A stretch of DNA of 64,000 bases from Peptococcaceae bacterium (GTDB lineage Bacteria; Bacillota; Peptococcia; DRI-13; PHAD01). The notes under the pieces were generated by a model. It saw nothing but the letters and a program-made list of their open reading frames with translations. It made no database searches and was not told where the DNA came from. Made by a program: the position numbers and the translations under genes. Location: positions 15,158 through 79,157 of the forward strand of contig JANLFJ010000004.1 in the NCBI GenBank assembly GCA_024655825.1. The letters are read 5' to 3'. Shown here piece by piece: positions 52,375-63,278 of the stretch. Position 1 is the first letter of the stretch. The number at the start of each line of letters is the position of its first letter.

Positions 52375-54752
52375 GCTTCCACCAGCTCTTGCGTTTCCCG
52401 GGCGGCGGCAGCCTCATCACCCTTCGGAGCGGCTTTTTCAAGGGCCAGTTCCAGGACCTTGTCCATATGCTCGACCAGCTCGAACTTAAGGTCCTTTTTG
52501 ATGTTGGCGGGGATGTCCTCCAGGTCCTTTTTATTCTCCAGGGGAAGGATGATCACCTTGCACCCGGCCCTGTGCGCAGCCAGGATTTTTTCTTTGATGC
52601 CGCCCACGGGAAGCACCCGCCCGCGCAGGGTGATCTCGCCGGTCATGGCCACTTCTTTTCTTACTTTCCTGCCGGTGAGAGCGGAAGCCAGGGCGGAAGC
52701 CATGGTAATCCCGGCGGAAGGGCCGTCCTTGGGAATGGCGCCTTCCGGCACATGGATATGCACGTCATACTTTTCATGGAAATCCTCTTCAATCCCCAGC
52801 GACTGGACCCTGGAACGGATGTAGGTAAAACCCGCCTGAGCCGATTCTTTCATCACGTCGCCCAGCTTGCCCGTGAGGATAAGCTGGCCTTTGCCTTTCA
52901 TCAGGGTTACTTCGATGTGCAGGATGTCGCCTCCCACCTCGGTCCAGGCAAGTCCGGTAACCACGCCTACCAGGCTTTCTTTTTCCGAAACCCCGTAGCG
53001 GTAACGCGGTATCCCCAGGTATTTTCCCAAATTTCGGGTAGTAATGGCCACTTTCTTTTGCGACCCCTCGGCGATGATCTTGGCCGCCTTGCGGCACAGG
53101 CCGGCAAGCTCGCGTTCCAGGCTCCTTACGCCGGCTTCTTTCGTATAATGCCTGATCACGCTGAGGACCGTGGCGCTTTTAATCTCCAACTGGTTTTCCT
53201 TTAGCCCGTGTTCTTTGACCTGCTTGGGCAGCAGGTGCCTGAGAGCGATATTGAGTTTTTCCTCTTCCGTGTAGCCGGAAATGGGGATCAGTTCCATCCT
53301 GTCCAGCAGGGGCCGGGGAATGTTGTAAGAAACGTTGGCCGTGGTGATGAACAGTACCTGGGACAAATCGAACGGCACTTCCAGGTAATGGTCGCTGAAA
53401 GTACAGTTCTGTTCGGGGTCAAGAACTTCCAGCAGGGCGGCAGACGGGTCGCCCCGGAAATCCATGCTCATCTTGTCCACCTCGTCCAGCAAAAAGACCG
53501 GGTTCTTTGTGCCCGCGTTACGCAGTCCCTGGATGATCCTGCCCGGCAGCGCTCCGACATAAGTGCGCCGGTGACCGCGAATTTCAGCCTCGTCCCTCAC
53601 CCCGCCCAGGGACATCCTCACGAATCTCCGGTCAAGAGCCCGGGCAATGGACTTGGCCAGCGACGTCTTACCCACGCCGGGCGGACCGACAAAGCAGATT
53701 ATCGGGCCTTTTATTTTTTCTGTCAGCTTTCGCACGGCCAGGTACTCGAGGATGCGCTCCTTGGCCTTTACCAGCCCGTAGTGGTCCTCGTTCAAGATTT
53801 CTTCGGCCCGTCTGATGTCAATTTTATCCTCCGTCATTTTGTTCCAGGGCATTGCCAGCAGCCAGTCAAGGTAATTCCTGATCACGGCGGATTCCGCAAC
53901 CATTGGCGGCATCTTTTCCAGGCGCTCCACTTCCTTGAGGGCTTTCTCCGCCACATCCTCAGGGAGCCCGGCTTCTTTTATCCTTGACCGGTACTCCTCC
54001 GCCTCGGCAACCTTATCGTCCCTTTCGCCGAGTTCTTTCTGGATGGCCTTCATCTGTTCCCGCAGGTAGTACTCCTTCTGGGTTTTTTCCATTTGCTTGC
54101 GCACCCGCATGTTAATCTTGCGCTCCAACTCCAGGATCTCAATCTCACTGGCAATAATGGAGGCGAGCTTCTCCATGCGGGCGCGGATATCGACCGCTTC
54201 CAGCAGGGACTGTTTTTCCGGTATCTTCAGATTCAGATGCGCGGCGATAAGGTCTGTCAGCCGGTTGGCTTCCTCAATGGTAACAATGCTCACCACCGTT
54301 TCGGGAGCTATTCTTTTGCTCAGCTTCACATACTGCTCAAACTGGAAAACCAGGTTGCGAACCAGGGCTGAAATTTCCGGCGTTTTTTCGGCTTCTTCTT
54401 CGTACTCCAGGATTTCGACACGATAAAAGGGTTCGGTTTCAAGGTATTTGGCAATCTCGCCCCGGTGAAGGCCCTCCACAAGCACACGGATAGTGCCGCC
54501 AGGCAGCTTGAGAAGCTGCCTGATTTCTACGACCGTTCCAAAGGTATAAATATCGTCGGGGCCAGGGTTGTCCATCTGGGCATCCTTTTGCGCGGCAAGA
54601 AAAATCTCCCTGTCGTGCAGCATAGCCTCCTCCAGCGCGCTGACAGATTTTTCTCTTCCCACGTCAAGGTGAATGACCATATAAGGAAATACAAGCACTC
54701 CCCGCAACGGGAGGAGCGGCAATACCCTGCTTTTTTTATCCTGTTTCTTCAA
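52371..54752 (-). CDS. lon: ATP-dependent protease Lon (LonA)
   Basis: TTG start at 54752 after AAGGAGG. It has the LON N-domain, Walker [10 protein letters not shown] and the protease motif KDGPSAG with the downstream Lys region. Confidence 0.95.
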   Translation of the reverse strand: MKKQDKKSRVLPLLPLRGVLVFPYMVIHLDVGREKSVSALEEAMLHDREIFLAAQKDAQMDNPGPDDIYTFGTVVEIRQLLKLPGGTIRVLVEGLHRGEIAKYLETEPFYRVEILEYEEEAEKTPEISALVRNLVFQFEQYVKLSKRIAPETVVSIVTIEEANRLTDLIAAHLNLKIPEKQSLLEAVDIRARMEKLASIIASEIEILELERKINMRVRKQMEKTQKEYYLREQMKAIQKELGERDDKVAEAEEYRSRIKEAGLPEDVAEKALKEVERLEKMPPMVAESAVIRNYLDWLLAMPWNKMTEDKIDIRRAEEILNEDHYGLVKAKERILEYLAVRKLTEKIKGPIICFVGPPGVGKTSLAKSIARALDRRFVRMSLGGVRDEAEIRGHRRTYVGALPGRIIQGLRNAGTKNPVFLLDEVDKMSMDFRGDPSAALLEVLDPEQNCTFSDHYLEVPFDLSQVLFITTANVSYNIPRPLLDRMELIPISGYTEEEKLNIALRHLLPKQVKEHGLKENQLEIKSATVLSVIRHYTKEAGVRSLERELAGLCRKAAKIIAEGSQKKVAITTRNLGKYLGIPRYRYGVSEKESLVGVVTGLAWTEVGGDILHIEVTLMKGKGQLILTGKLGDVMKESAQAGFTYIRSRVQSLGIEEDFHEKYDVHIHVPEGAIPKDGPSAGITMASALASALTGRKVRKEVAMTGEITLRGRVLPVGGIKEKILAAHRAGCKVIILPLENKKDLEDIPANIKKDLKFELVEHMDKVLELALEKAAPKGDEAAAARETQELVEA

Positions 54753-54837
54753 GGTCCGTACCTCCTTGGGTGAGTCACCGCAAATTGAGACCAAGTTTAT
54801 CTACAAAATAGATTTTATCATATTTTTCAAATAAACA

Positions 54838-54864
54838 ACTAAAAAAGCCGCTGTTTGCGGCTAG
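54838..54864 (-). terminator. Intrinsic terminator between lonB and lon
   Basis: The minus strand reads AGCCGCAAACAGCGGCT followed by TTTTTT. Confidence 0.75.
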
Positions 54865-54869
54865 TATTT

Positions 54870-56558
54870 TTAGGAAATCAATGGGCATACATTGTTCTGG
54901 TTTTGTCGCGCGATTTTGGGCTTGTCGGCCGGTTTATGAATTAGGGCCTGTTCTATTATTTCTTCCAAAAACTGCACGGGGATCACTTTTATTCCTTTTA
55001 TCCCGGCAAAAAGCGACTGCCAGTTGTCTTTTGGAATAAGGACGCGGCTTGCGCCCGCCAGGCGCGCCGCCTCGATTTTAGCCAGGATGCCGCCGACGGG
55101 TTTAACGGCGCCGCGAATGGAGACTTCTCCCGTCATGGCGATTTCATTGTCAACCGGTATGTTGTTCACCGCGGAATAAATAGCCGCAGCAATGGCCACC
55201 CCCGCCGACGGCCCGTCAGCCGGTATCCCGCCGGGGAAATTGACGTGGATGTCGTAATTCCGGCAGTCAAGGTTAAGCCTGTGTCTTAAAACGGTTAAAA
55301 CATTTTCCACGGAACCTTTGGCCATGCTTTTCCGCCGGACGGTCTGCCCGCCCATCCCGTGCATCTCTTCTTCTTCCACAATGCCTGTAATGATTATTTT
55401 GCCGTTCTTTTCTTCCGCCGGGATGACGCAAACCTCTATTTCCAGGAGCATTCCCATATTGGGCCCGTAAACCGCCAGGCCGTTGACCTGGCCGACCTGG
55501 GGAACGGGAGGTATTTTTTTATCCGGCCGGGGAGAATAACGCCCGTAGTTGACGACCCATTCCACATCGCTTTCTTTTATTTCCTGGCCGTTATTCATGA
55601 TAACGATTCCCGCTGCAATCTGGATGATGTTTACGGCTTCCCGCCCGTTTGTCGCATATCTAACCAGGACATCAAGGGCTTCTTTTTTGATGGGCAACCC
55701 TATTTTCCGGGCAGCCTTCTCCCCGATAACGCTTATTTCATGAGGAAGCAGGCTGCGAAAATAGATCTCCACACAGCGTGAACGAATAGCGGGCGGAATC
55801 TCCTGAGGCTGGCGGGTCGTAGCCGCAATCAGACGAAAATCGGCCGGCAGGCCGTTCTGGAAGATGTCATGAATATGGCCCGGGATATTGGTATCCTCGG
55901 AGGAATAATAGGCGCTTTCCAGTATTACCTTGCGGTCTTCCAGGACCTTGAGCAGTTTATTGATCTGGATGGGATGAAGTTCCCCGATCTCGTCTATGAA
56001 CAGGATCCCGCCATGCGCCTTGGTCACCGCCCCGGGTTTGGGCTGGGGAATACCCGCAATGCCCATGGCGCCGGCCCCCTGGTAAATGGGGTCATGCACC
56101 GAACCGATGAGCGGATCGGCTATTCCCCGCTCGTCAAAACGGGAAGTCGCCCCATCAACCTCCAGAAATTTTGATTCTTCGTTGAAAGGGGAATGCGGGC
56201 TTTTCTTGGCCTCTTCCAGGACCAGCCGGGCCGCGGCTGTTTTCCCTACGCCGGGAGGCCCGTAAACGATGACATGCTGGGGGTGAGGGCCGCACAAAGC
56301 CGCCCGTAAGGCCTGGATTCCCTCTTCCTGCCCCACGATGTCCGAAAAGGTAGCCGGCCTGGTTCTTTCGGCTAGCGGCTCGCTCAGTTTTATCCTGCGC
56401 ATTTTTTCAAGCTTTTCCAGTTCTTTGCTCGATTCCTTGGTTACCGCTATCTTGGAACCCTGCTGTCCGCGGAGCAGGTTTAAAAAATATAGACCGACGA
56501 CAACAATGAAAAATATTTGGATCATCACAAAAAAGCTGCCAAACCCGGCATAATCCAC
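54870..56558 (-). CDS. lonB: Membrane-anchored Lon-like sporulation protease LonB
   Basis: 562 aa with an N-terminal TM (FFVMIQIFFIVVVGLYFLNLL). It has [20 protein letters not shown] and the protease motif ADGPSAGV. It is colinear with my memory of B. subtilis LonB. Confidence 0.9.
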   Translation of the reverse strand: MDYAGFGSFFVMIQIFFIVVVGLYFLNLLRGQQGSKIAVTKESSKELEKLEKMRRIKLSEPLAERTRPATFSDIVGQEEGIQALRAALCGPHPQHVIVYGPPGVGKTAAARLVLEEAKKSPHSPFNEESKFLEVDGATSRFDERGIADPLIGSVHDPIYQGAGAMGIAGIPQPKPGAVTKAHGGILFIDEIGELHPIQINKLLKVLEDRKVILESAYYSSEDTNIPGHIHDIFQNGLPADFRLIAATTRQPQEIPPAIRSRCVEIYFRSLLPHEISVIGEKAARKIGLPIKKEALDVLVRYATNGREAVNIIQIAAGIVIMNNGQEIKESDVEWVVNYGRYSPRPDKKIPPVPQVGQVNGLAVYGPNMGMLLEIEVCVIPAEEKNGKIIITGIVEEEEMHGMGGQTVRRKSMAKGSVENVLTVLRHRLNLDCRNYDIHVNFPGGIPADGPSAGVAIAAAIYSAVNNIPVDNEIAMTGEVSIRGAVKPVGGILAKIEAARLAGASRVLIPKDNWQSLFAGIKGIKVIPVQFLEEIIEQALIHKPADKPKIARQNQNNVCPLIS

Positions 56559-56719
56559 CGCTTTTCTTTCCTTTCAACGTCCCGTGTTTTTTTTATTTTA
56601 CCCGCAAAAAACGCTTTTATCCCGGCTGTGAGAACTGGCACTCCGGCCAAAATTATCAAAACTGCCCTCTCTAACTGCAGGGCATACTATAATTGAGCAA
56701 AAAACAAAGGGGGGTTTTC

Positions 56720-56896
56720 ATGGCCAGGCGTCGCGGTGTCATGTCCGATGCCCTGAAAATGGAAATTGCCAGGGAACTGGGTTTTTACAGTCCCGAGGTG
56801 GCGCGCGGCGATTTCGGGGATGTCTCTTCCCGCAACTGCGGCAGCATGGTGAGAGCCGCCATTGAAATGGCCGAAAGGAATTTGAATGGCGGGTGA
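56720..56896 (+). CDS. Alpha/beta-type small acid-soluble spore protein
   Basis: 58 aa from ATG 56720 (RBS AAAGGGGGG). It reads LKMEIARELGF...GDVSSRNCGSMVRAAIEMAE, the SASP signature. Confidence 0.88.
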   Translation: MARRRGVMSDALKMEIARELGFYSPEVARGDFGDVSSRNCGSMVRAAIEMAERNLNGG

Positions 56897-56913
56897 CCCC
56901 GGTTAAAAAGCTC

Positions 56914-56939
56914 AATAGCCAGGCTTTTGCCTGGCTATT
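56914..56939. terminator. Bidirectional stem-loop between the convergent SASP gene and clpX
   Basis: AATAGCCAGGC-TTTT-GCCTGGCTATT, flanked by A- and T-rich runs. Confidence 0.75.
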
Positions 56940-56960
56940 AATGTTTTCATCAGATTTTTT

Positions 56961-58223
56961 TCATGCGCTTTCTTCTTTCTTTTTCTTCCTCTCGCTGGTC
57001 GTTACCAGGAGCGGTTCTTCGTTGTTTTTCACGCACTCCTTGGTTACTATGCACTTGTTAATGTCACCCCGTGAAGGTATTTCATACATCACGTCCCTCA
57101 TGAGGTTTTCAACAATGGACCTTAAACCGCGCGCTCCCGTGTTTCTCTTGATAGCCTCGCTGGCAATCGCCTGCAGGGCGTCAGGCTTGAACTCCAGGCT
57201 CACGTTATCCATCTCCAAGAACTTCTGGTACTGCTTTATAAGGGCATTCTTCGGTTCCGTCAGGATCCTGATCAGGGCGTTTTCATCAAGGGCATCCAGG
57301 GTTACCACCACAGGCAGTCGCCCTATAAATTCGGGTATCAAGCCGTACTTGATCAGGTCAATGGGCAGTATCTGTTTAAGGATATCTCCCACTTTTATAT
57401 CCTGCCTGCCTCTTACTTCAGCACCAAAGCCCATGACTTTTTTCCCGATACGGTTCTGGATAATCTTGTCGATGCCTTCGAAAGCGCCTCCACATATAAA
57501 CAGGATGTTGGTTGTGTCCAGTTGTATAAACTCCTGGTGAGGGTGTTTCCGTCCACCCTGGGGCGGCACGCTGGCCACGGTCCCTTCTAATATTTTTAAA
57601 AGGGCCTGCTGCACTCCCTCGCCTGAAACATCCCGCGTAATGGAAGGGTTTTCCGACTTCCTGGCGATCTTGTCGATTTCATCGATGTAGACGATACCCT
57701 TTTCGGCTTTCTCCACATCGTAATCAGCGGCCTGGATCAGTTTGAGCAGGATGTTCTCCACGTCCTCGCCCACGTATCCCGCTTCGGTCAAAGAAGTGGC
57801 GTCCGCTACAGCGAAAGGCACGTTGAGGATGTGCGCCAGGGTCTGGGCAAGCAAAGTCTTGCCGCTGCCGGTCGGGCCCAGCATGATAATATTGCTCTTT
57901 TGCAGTTCGACATCCTCAATCCTGGCGCCCATCTTGATGCGCTTATAATGGTTGTATACCGCCACCGCCAGTGTTTTTTTGGCTTCTTCCTGTTCTATCA
58001 CATACTGGTCGAGGATAGCCTTGATTTCTTTTGGTTTGGGAATATCTCCCATTTCCAGGCTGGTTTCCTCGGAGAGCTCTTCTTCGATTATTTCATTGCA
58101 CAGCTCGATACACTCGTCGCAAATATATACCCCTGGACCTGCAACAAGTTTCTTGACCTGATCCTGAAGTTTTCCGCAGAAAGAGCACTTTAACTGCCCT
58201 TTGTCGTCCCCAAATTTATACAT
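56961..58223 (-). CDS. clpX: ATP-dependent Clp protease ATP-binding subunit ClpX
   Basis: 420 aa. The zinc-binding N-terminus is CSFCGK...CDECI, and Walker A GPTGSGKT is present. Confidence 0.97.
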   Translation of the reverse strand: MYKFGDDKGQLKCSFCGKLQDQVKKLVAGPGVYICDECIELCNEIIEEELSEETSLEMGDIPKPKEIKAILDQYVIEQEEAKKTLAVAVYNHYKRIKMGARIEDVELQKSNIIMLGPTGSGKTLLAQTLAHILNVPFAVADATSLTEAGYVGEDVENILLKLIQAADYDVEKAEKGIVYIDEIDKIARKSENPSITRDVSGEGVQQALLKILEGTVASVPPQGGRKHPHQEFIQLDTTNILFICGGAFEGIDKIIQNRIGKKVMGFGAEVRGRQDIKVGDILKQILPIDLIKYGLIPEFIGRLPVVVTLDALDENALIRILTEPKNALIKQYQKFLEMDNVSLEFKPDALQAIASEAIKRNTGARGLRSIVENLMRDVMYEIPSRGDINKCIVTKECVKNNEEPLLVTTSERKKKKEESA

Positions 58224-58238
58224 AATTTCACCTCTTAA

Positions 58239-58886
58239 CTACTTGTTCTTGGGGGTATCAGGTATGCGCACAAGCAGGTCATCGATAATTCCGTATTCTT
58301 TGGCTTCCTGGGCATCCATAAAGTAATCGCGTTCCGTGTCCTGCCTGATCCTATCAATGTTCTGCCCTGTATTCTCCGCTAATATTTTATTCAGTTTCTC
58401 CCTCAAATGAATTATTCTCTTGGCGTGAATTTCAATATCCGTAGCCTGGCCCTGTGCACCGCCGGAAGGCTGGTGAATGAGCACTTCGGCATTGGGAAGG
58501 GCGTAACGTTTTCCCTTGGCCCCTGCCGCCAACAAGAAAGCGCCCATTGAAGCAGCGAGCCCCACACAGATCGTGGAAACGTCAGCCCGGATGTACTGCA
58601 TGGTATCGTATATCGCCATTCCCGCGGTAATTGAACCGCCGGGACTGTTTATATACAGGGAAATGTCCTTATCCGGGTCCTCCGCGTAAAGGAACAGGAG
58701 CTGGGCAATGACCAGGTTGGCCACATGGTCGTCGATGGCCGTCCCTAAAAAGATAATGCGGTCTTTCAGCAGTCGCGAATATATATCGTAAGCCCGCTCT
58801 CCGCGGTTGGTCTGCTCCACCACCATAGGGATAAGCGTGGTAAGACCCGGTGTGATCGACTCCCGTTTCTTTTCGTAGTAAATCAT
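58239..58886 (-). CDS. clpP: ATP-dependent Clp protease proteolytic subunit ClpP
   Basis: Start at ATG 58886 (RBS GGAGG). The catalytic Ser is in GLAASMGAF, the His is in IHQP, and the Asp region is present. Confidence 0.95.
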   Translation of the reverse strand: MIYYEKKRESITPGLTTLIPMVVEQTNRGERAYDIYSRLLKDRIIFLGTAIDDHVANLVIAQLLFLYAEDPDKDISLYINSPGGSITAGMAIYDTMQYIRADVSTICVGLAASMGAFLLAAGAKGKRYALPNAEVLIHQPSGGAQGQATDIEIHAKRIIHLREKLNKILAENTGQNIDRIRQDTERDYFMDAQEAKEYGIIDDLLVRIPDTPKNK

Positions 58887-58902
58887 AAATCGAAACCTCC
58901 GT

Positions 58903-60207
58903 TCATTCACCGGCATTTTTGATTGTTGCTTCCGTAATAATAAGGTCTACAGCTTTCCTTATCATTATACCAAATTCAAGCGAAGAAATCTGTCCCTGTT
59001 TTTCCGCAACTTCTCGAACCCTGGCCGGCTCCTGTTTGAGCTGCTCCGCCATTTTGCTTATCTCCGCTTCGATCTCTTCGGCGGAGACCTTGATGTTTTC
59101 AGCTTTGGCAATCGCTTCCAGGACAAGGTCGGTGCGCACGGTATCCTCAGCCGCAGGCAGGTAGCTCTTAATCAAATCCTCCGGTTTTGTGTCGGTCGCC
59201 TTAAAATAATATTCCAGCGAAAGCCCCTGACCTTGCAGCTGCATGGCGAAGTTTTCCGCCATCCGGTAAGCCTGTCTTTCAATCATGGACCGGGGAATTT
59301 CGAGTTGGGCGTTTTCCGCAGCTTTTTTTACGGCCTCCGAGCGCAGTTCGTTTTCAGACCTTTTTTTAGCCGCTTCCTTTAATTTATTCTCTATATCCAG
59401 TCTTAATTCCTGCAGCGTATCGAATTCGGATACGTCTTTGGCGAACTCATCGTCCAAAGGCGCCAGTTCTTTGCGCTTTATTTCTTTAACGGTAACCGTA
59501 AACACGGCTTTTTTACCCGCCAGCTCCGGCGAATGGTAGTTTTCAGGAAAGGTTACTTCCACTTCCCTGGTTTCGCCCGGCTTGCTGCCGACCAGCTGTT
59601 CTTCAAAACCCTCAATCAGGCTGTGAGAACCTATCTGCAAAGAATAATTCTCCGCCGAACCTCCGCTAAAGGCTTCGCCGTCCAATTTTCCTTCAAAATC
59701 TATCGTCAAGATGTCACCTTCGGCGGCCGCTTCTTCCACCGCTTTCAGCTTGGCATATCTTTCCCTCATCCTGTCGATCTCGGCATCTATGTCTTCCTCT
59801 TTAACATCGACAGGCTGCTTCGTCAGTTCCAATCCCTTGTATTTCCCAAGTTTTACTTCCGGCTTAATATCAAAAACCGCCTTGAAAATTATGGGTTTTT
59901 CTTTTTCAGTCTGGACCAGCTCATATTGAGGTTCGCTTACGGCTGTGTACTCATCTTTTATTTCTGCAAGCGCCTTGTCGTACGCGCTGGGAATCGCGTC
60001 TTTTAAAGCCTCCTCCATCAGTATCTCCCGGCCGTACATCTTTTCCAAGATGCGGCGCGGGGTTTTGCCTTTTCTAAAGCCCGGCACGTTTATTTTTTTG
60101 ACGACCGTTTTATAAGCTTTTTGTAAAGATATTTCAAACTCATCTTCTGGTATTTCCACCGTCACCTGGGCTTTGACCTTATCGATTCTTTCAGCGGTTA
60201 CTCTCAT
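58903..60207 (-). CDS. tig: Trigger factor
   Basis: Start at [19 protein letters not shown] (ATG 60207, RBS GGAGGAG). It has the ribosome-binding motif GFRKGKTP and an FKBP-type middle domain. Confidence 0.95.
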   Translation of the reverse strand: MRVTAERIDKVKAQVTVEIPEDEFEISLQKAYKTVVKKINVPGFRKGKTPRRILEKMYGREILMEEALKDAIPSAYDKALAEIKDEYTAVSEPQYELVQTEKEKPIIFKAVFDIKPEVKLGKYKGLELTKQPVDVKEEDIDAEIDRMRERYAKLKAVEEAAAEGDILTIDFEGKLDGEAFSGGSAENYSLQIGSHSLIEGFEEQLVGSKPGETREVEVTFPENYHSPELAGKKAVFTVTVKEIKRKELAPLDDEFAKDVSEFDTLQELRLDIENKLKEAAKKRSENELRSEAVKKAAENAQLEIPRSMIERQAYRMAENFAMQLQGQGLSLEYYFKATDTKPEDLIKSYLPAAEDTVRTDLVLEAIAKAENIKVSAEEIEAEISKMAEQLKQEPARVREVAEKQGQISSLEFGIMIRKAVDLIITEATIKNAGE

Positions 60208-60351
60208 TGGTTCTCCTCCAAACATTATTTTTGTGTTGCTGCACATAATGAATTCGTGGTTATAAAAGCCGCAAGACAGCGCATCGAAAAATAAAGAAAA
60301 GACTAGCGCTCTTTAGCTTAGCACTAATCCTGCCTTTAGAATTGGAGCGAA

Positions 60352-60426
60352 TGGAGCGGAAGACGGGATTCGAACCCGCGACCCTCGCCTTGGCAAGGCG
60401 ATGCTCTACCGCTGAGCCACTTCCGC
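60352..60426 (-). tRNA. tRNA-Gly (anticodon GCC), CCA encoded
   Basis: The minus strand reads GCGGAAGTGGCTCAGCGGTAGAGCATCGCCTTGCCAAGGCGAGGGTCGCGGGTTCGAATCCCGTCTTCCGCTCCA. The cloverleaf was folded by eye; the anticodon loop is TTGCCAA. Confidence 0.93.
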
Positions 60427-60529
60427 GCGCTGGTCGGAATTCTGGTAAGTAATGATTTGTGTCTTGTAATTGAAAGTGTATAACTGGCAACTGGCAGCTG
60501 GTAGTTTTAGTGCTCCGGCTGGTAGAATA

Positions 60530-60612
60530 TGGTGCGGGAGAAGGGACTTGAACCCCCACGGTTTCCCACTGGATCCTAAATCCAGCGCGTCTGCCAGTTC
60601 CGCCACTCCCGC
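60530..60612 (-). tRNA. tRNA-Leu (anticodon UAG), long variable arm, CCA encoded
   Basis: The minus strand reads GCGGGAGTGGCGGAACTGGCAGACGCGCTGGATTTAGGATCCAGTGGGAAACCGTGGGGGTTCAAGTCCCTTCTCCCGCACCA. The anticodon loop is TTTAGGA. Confidence 0.92.
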
Positions 60613-60689
60613 ATGATAAGCCGGCAAGAAAACTAACGGTGGTTGATGGTTAGACATGTCGCTTTAATTTCATTTTAATTTTAATGGAA

Positions 60690-60765
60690 TGGTGAGCCAT
60701 GATGGATTCGAACCATCGACACCCTGATTAAAAGTCAGGTGCTCTGCCAACTGAGCTAATGGCTC
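60690..60765 (-). tRNA. tRNA-Lys (anticodon UUU), CCA encoded
   Basis: The minus strand reads GAGCCATTAGCTCAGTTGGCAGAGCACCTGACTTTTAATCAGGGTGTCGATGGTTCGAATCCATCATGGCTCACCA. Confidence 0.93.
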
Positions 60766-60795
60766 ACATCATACTGGAACATGGTAATGATAAGA

Positions 60796-60872
60796 TGGGG
60801 TGGCTGAGGGGACTTGAACCCCCGGGTGCCGGAGCCACAATCCGGTGCGTTAACCGCTTCGCCACAGCCACC
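60796..60872 (-). tRNA. tRNA-His (anticodon GUG) with the extra 5' G(-1), CCA encoded
   Basis: The minus strand reads GGTGGCTGTGGCGAAGCGGTTAACGCACCGGATTGTGGCTCCGGCACCCGGGGGTTCAAGTCCCCTCAGCCACCCCA. Confidence 0.93.
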
Positions 60873-60877
60873 ATCCA

Positions 60878-60954
60878 TGGCGTGCCCACAGGGATTCGAA
60901 CCCCGGACACACGGCTTAGAAGGCCGTTGCTCTATCCAGCTGAGCTATGGGCAC
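60878..60954 (-). tRNA. tRNA-Arg (anticodon UCU), CCA encoded
   Basis: The minus strand reads GTGCCCATAGCTCAGCTGGATAGAGCAACGGCCTTCTAAGCCGTGTGTCCGGGGTTCGAATCCCTGTGGGCACGCCA. Confidence 0.93.
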
Positions 60955-60982
60955 AGCAATACCTTTTATTACAGCAAATGTT

Positions 60983-61011
60983 ATCTTATCAAATATAAGA
61001 GTTAATGTCAA
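60983..61011 (-). promoter_or_regulatory. Promoter of the tRNA cluster
   Basis: The minus strand reads TTGACA (61011-61006), a 17-nt spacer, then TAAGAT (60988-60983). It lies ~30 nt upstream of tRNA-Arg. Confidence 0.65.
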
Positions 61012-61041
61012 CCTGCCGCAGCGCAGTTTGCTGCAGCGCAG

Positions 61042-61665
61042 TTAAATCCCCACAAGCAGCTTTTGCAGGATGTTCCTTGCGTTTTTCAGCGCTTTGCCCC
61101 TGTGGCTCACCATGTTCTTTTCTTCCAGGGTCATTTCGGCGAATGTTTTTCCCAGGGCCGGTACGTAAAAAAGGGGATCGTAGCCAAACCCCCCGCTGCC
61201 CCGCGGTTCTTCCAGGATTAATCCTTCACATTTTCCTTCCGCCGGATAAATTCTGCCGCCGGGAGCGGCAACAGCGATAATGCTGGTGAAGCGCGCCGTC
61301 CTTCGCGGGAACGGCACTCTTTCCATCAGTTTCAGAAGTTTCATGTTGTTTTTGTAATCGTCGGGCGGCTCTCCGGCAAAACGCGCCGAGCGGACACCAG
61401 GAAGCCCCTCCAGGGCGTCCACCTCCAGGCCGGAGTCGTCGGCAACGGTAAGAAGGCCGCTGGCCCTGGCTCCCGCCAGGGCTTTGATTGACGCGTTTTC
61501 CAGGAATGTTGCGCCGTTCTCCTCGACCTTTGGCATCCCGGGAAAGTCGTCCGCGCAAAGGACTTCCACGTCCAATCCGTCCAGCAGTTTCACCAGTTCC
61601 AGGACCTTACCGCGGTTGCGGGTCGCCACGAACAGGGCTGTTTTGTCAGTTCTTACCAAATTCAT
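61042..61665 (-). CDS. rdgB: Non-canonical purine NTP pyrophosphatase RdgB/HAM1 family
   Basis: Start at [21 protein letters not shown] (ATG 61665). It has GFGYDP and HRGKA motifs and lies downstream of rph. Confidence 0.92.
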   Translation of the reverse strand: MNLVRTDKTALFVATRNRGKVLELVKLLDGLDVEVLCADDFPGMPKVEENGATFLENASIKALAGARASGLLTVADDSGLEVDALEGLPGVRSARFAGEPPDDYKNNMKLLKLMERVPFPRRTARFTSIIAVAAPGGRIYPAEGKCEGLILEEPRGSGGFGYDPLFYVPALGKTFAEMTLEEKNMVSHRGKALKNARNILQKLLVGI

Positions 61666-62386
61666 ACTTTTCACCAAGAACTGCTTTCTGCAGCTCGATG
61701 AGCCTGGCAATGCCCTTCTTCCCCAAAAAAAGGAGCTCTTGCAGTTCTTCCTCCGTAAAGGGATAGCCTTCGGCGGTTCCCTGGATTTCCACGAACTCGC
61801 CCTTGCCGGTCATCACAAGGTTCATATCGACCGCTGCCTGCGAGTCTTCCTCAAAACACAAGTCCAATAACAGGCTGTCTCCAACCTTTCCCACACTAAC
61901 CGCAGCCAACCAATCCCTGATGGGTAGCGCGGGAAGCTGGCCGTTTTGCACCAGCTTATCCAGCGCCAGGACGAGGGCTACAAACGCGCCGGTAACGGAA
62001 GCCGTCCGCGTACCGCCGTCGGCCTGGATCACATCACAATCCAGGGTAACGGTCCGTTCACCCAGGGCTTCCAGGTCAACAACGGCACGCAGGGAGCGCC
62101 CTATCAAACGCTGTATCTCGTTTGTCCGCCCGCTGATTTTTCCCCTGCTGGCTTCCCGCTGGTTGCGGACGGGAGTAGCCCTGGGCAGCATGGAGTATTC
62201 CGCCGTAATCCATCCCTTGCCGGAACCTTTTAAAAACAGCGGGACTTTGTCTTCGACAGTGGCATTACAGATGACCCTGGTTTCTCCCATTTCAATCAAA
62301 ACCGACCCTTCCGCATACCGGGTATAACAGGTGGTAATTCTTACTGGTCTTAATTGTTCGGCCTTTCTTCCGTCCAATCGTTCCAT
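61646..62386 (-). CDS. rph: Ribonuclease PH
   Basis: 246 aa with [13 protein letters not shown]...[14 protein letters not shown]...[19 protein letters not shown]. Confidence 0.96.
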   Translation of the reverse strand: MERLDGRKAEQLRPVRITTCYTRYAEGSVLIEMGETRVICNATVEDKVPLFLKGSGKGWITAEYSMLPRATPVRNQREASRGKISGRTNEIQRLIGRSLRAVVDLEALGERTVTLDCDVIQADGGTRTASVTGAFVALVLALDKLVQNGQLPALPIRDWLAAVSVGKVGDSLLLDLCFEEDSQAAVDMNLVMTGKGEFVEIQGTAEGYPFTEEELQELLFLGKKGIARLIELQKAVLGEKYEFGKN

Positions 62387-62392
62387 TCTCTT

Positions 62393-63265
62393 TCACCTCA
62401 TGATTCTTGTGGCTGCTTTATCCGAAAATGCCGTTTCCACGGGAGGCACCTTTTCCACGGGTCCGATTTCCCGTTTAAGGAAAAAACTGCCCAAACGAGC
62501 GAAGACTGCCGCGTCTCCGCTGGCAAGATAACGGCAAACGGGGTTCCCTTCTTCCCGCAGCAGATTCAGTTCTTTCAACTTGTCCACGGCCCGTTTCACC
62601 GTTTCCCGCGCGGGGTCGACAGGCGTTACGAACGGCCCGGTCGTTTGGGTTATCACGGGCAATAAAAAGGGGTAATGCGTGCATCCCAGGATTAGGGTGT
62701 CAATATCCTTTTCACACAGCGGCCCCAGGTAGGAACGAGCCGCTCTTTCGACCTCCTCACCATCCAGCCTGCCTTCCTCGACAAACGGAACAAATAGAGG
62801 GCAGGGCTGGGCCACAACTTCTACCGCCGCATTCTTTTTAATCAACATTTTTTGGTAGGAACCGCTTTTTACGGTGGCCTCTGTGGCAATGACCCCAATG
62901 CGCCCGTTTTTTGTGGTCTGAAGGGCTCTATCCACGCCTGGTTCTATTACCCCCACCAGCGGGATGTCATATGTTTCCTGCATTTCCTCATAAGCCAAAG
63001 AGGTGCTGGTATTGCAGGCAATAATGACCATTTTGCAGCCCAGGCCAATTAAAAACCGGGTTATGCCGAAAGCAAAACCCTTCAGCTCGCGAGGGTCCCT
63101 GGGCCCGTAAGGAACATGAGCGGTATCGGCGTAATAGATCAAGGACTCATGCGGCATCTGGCGCAGCATCTCCGCAACGACTGTCAACCCGCCTATCCCG
63201 GAGTCAAACACTCCAATAGGCGCCAGGTTATGTTTGTTCATTGGCTTCATCCTCGTACCATCCAT
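62393..63265 (-). CDS. murI: Glutamate racemase
   Basis: It has GVFDSGIGGLTV, the catalytic Cys motifs IIACNTS and LGCTHYP. The start is ambiguous (ATG at 63265, 63250 or 63241); 63241 has the best GAGG spacing. Confidence 0.93.
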   Translation of the reverse strand: MDGTRMKPMNKHNLAPIGVFDSGIGGLTVVAEMLRQMPHESLIYYADTAHVPYGPRDPRELKGFAFGITRFLIGLGCKMVIIACNTSTSLAYEEMQETYDIPLVGVIEPGVDRALQTTKNGRIGVIATEATVKSGSYQKMLIKKNAAVEVVAQPCPLFVPFVEEGRLDGEEVERAARSYLGPLCEKDIDTLILGCTHYPFLLPVITQTTGPFVTPVDPARETVKRAVDKLKELNLLREEGNPVCRYLASGDAAVFARLGSFFLKREIGPVEKVPPVETAFSDKAATRIMR

Positions 63266-63278
63266 TTTTTATTTTATT

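Noticed and set aside
51262-52824. A 520-aa plus-strand ORF, with many other long ORFs antisense to clear genes. Examples are 27570..28376 and 28503..29360 in valS, 36078..36995 and 37551..38417 in the S8 gene, 38709..39788 in the HemN-like gene, 34534..35454 in the adenylase and 52389..53987 in lon.
   Set aside because: They lie antisense to genes with unambiguous family motifs. Their composition is low-complexity and Arg/Pro/Gly-rich, and no RBS or domain is present. These are typical shadow ORFs of GC-rich coding DNA.
56640-56719. Possible forespore (sigma-G-type) promoter, CATACTA, upstream of the SASP gene.
   Set aside because: The -10-like element is present, but I could not find a matching -35 (GnATA) at the correct spacing, so it is left unannotated.
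60260-61005. Four ORFs of 63-99 aa overlapping the tRNA cluster (60260..60559, 60406..60657, 60759..60998, 60814..61005).
   Set aside because: They are read across or antisense to five well-folded tRNA genes, so they are artefacts.
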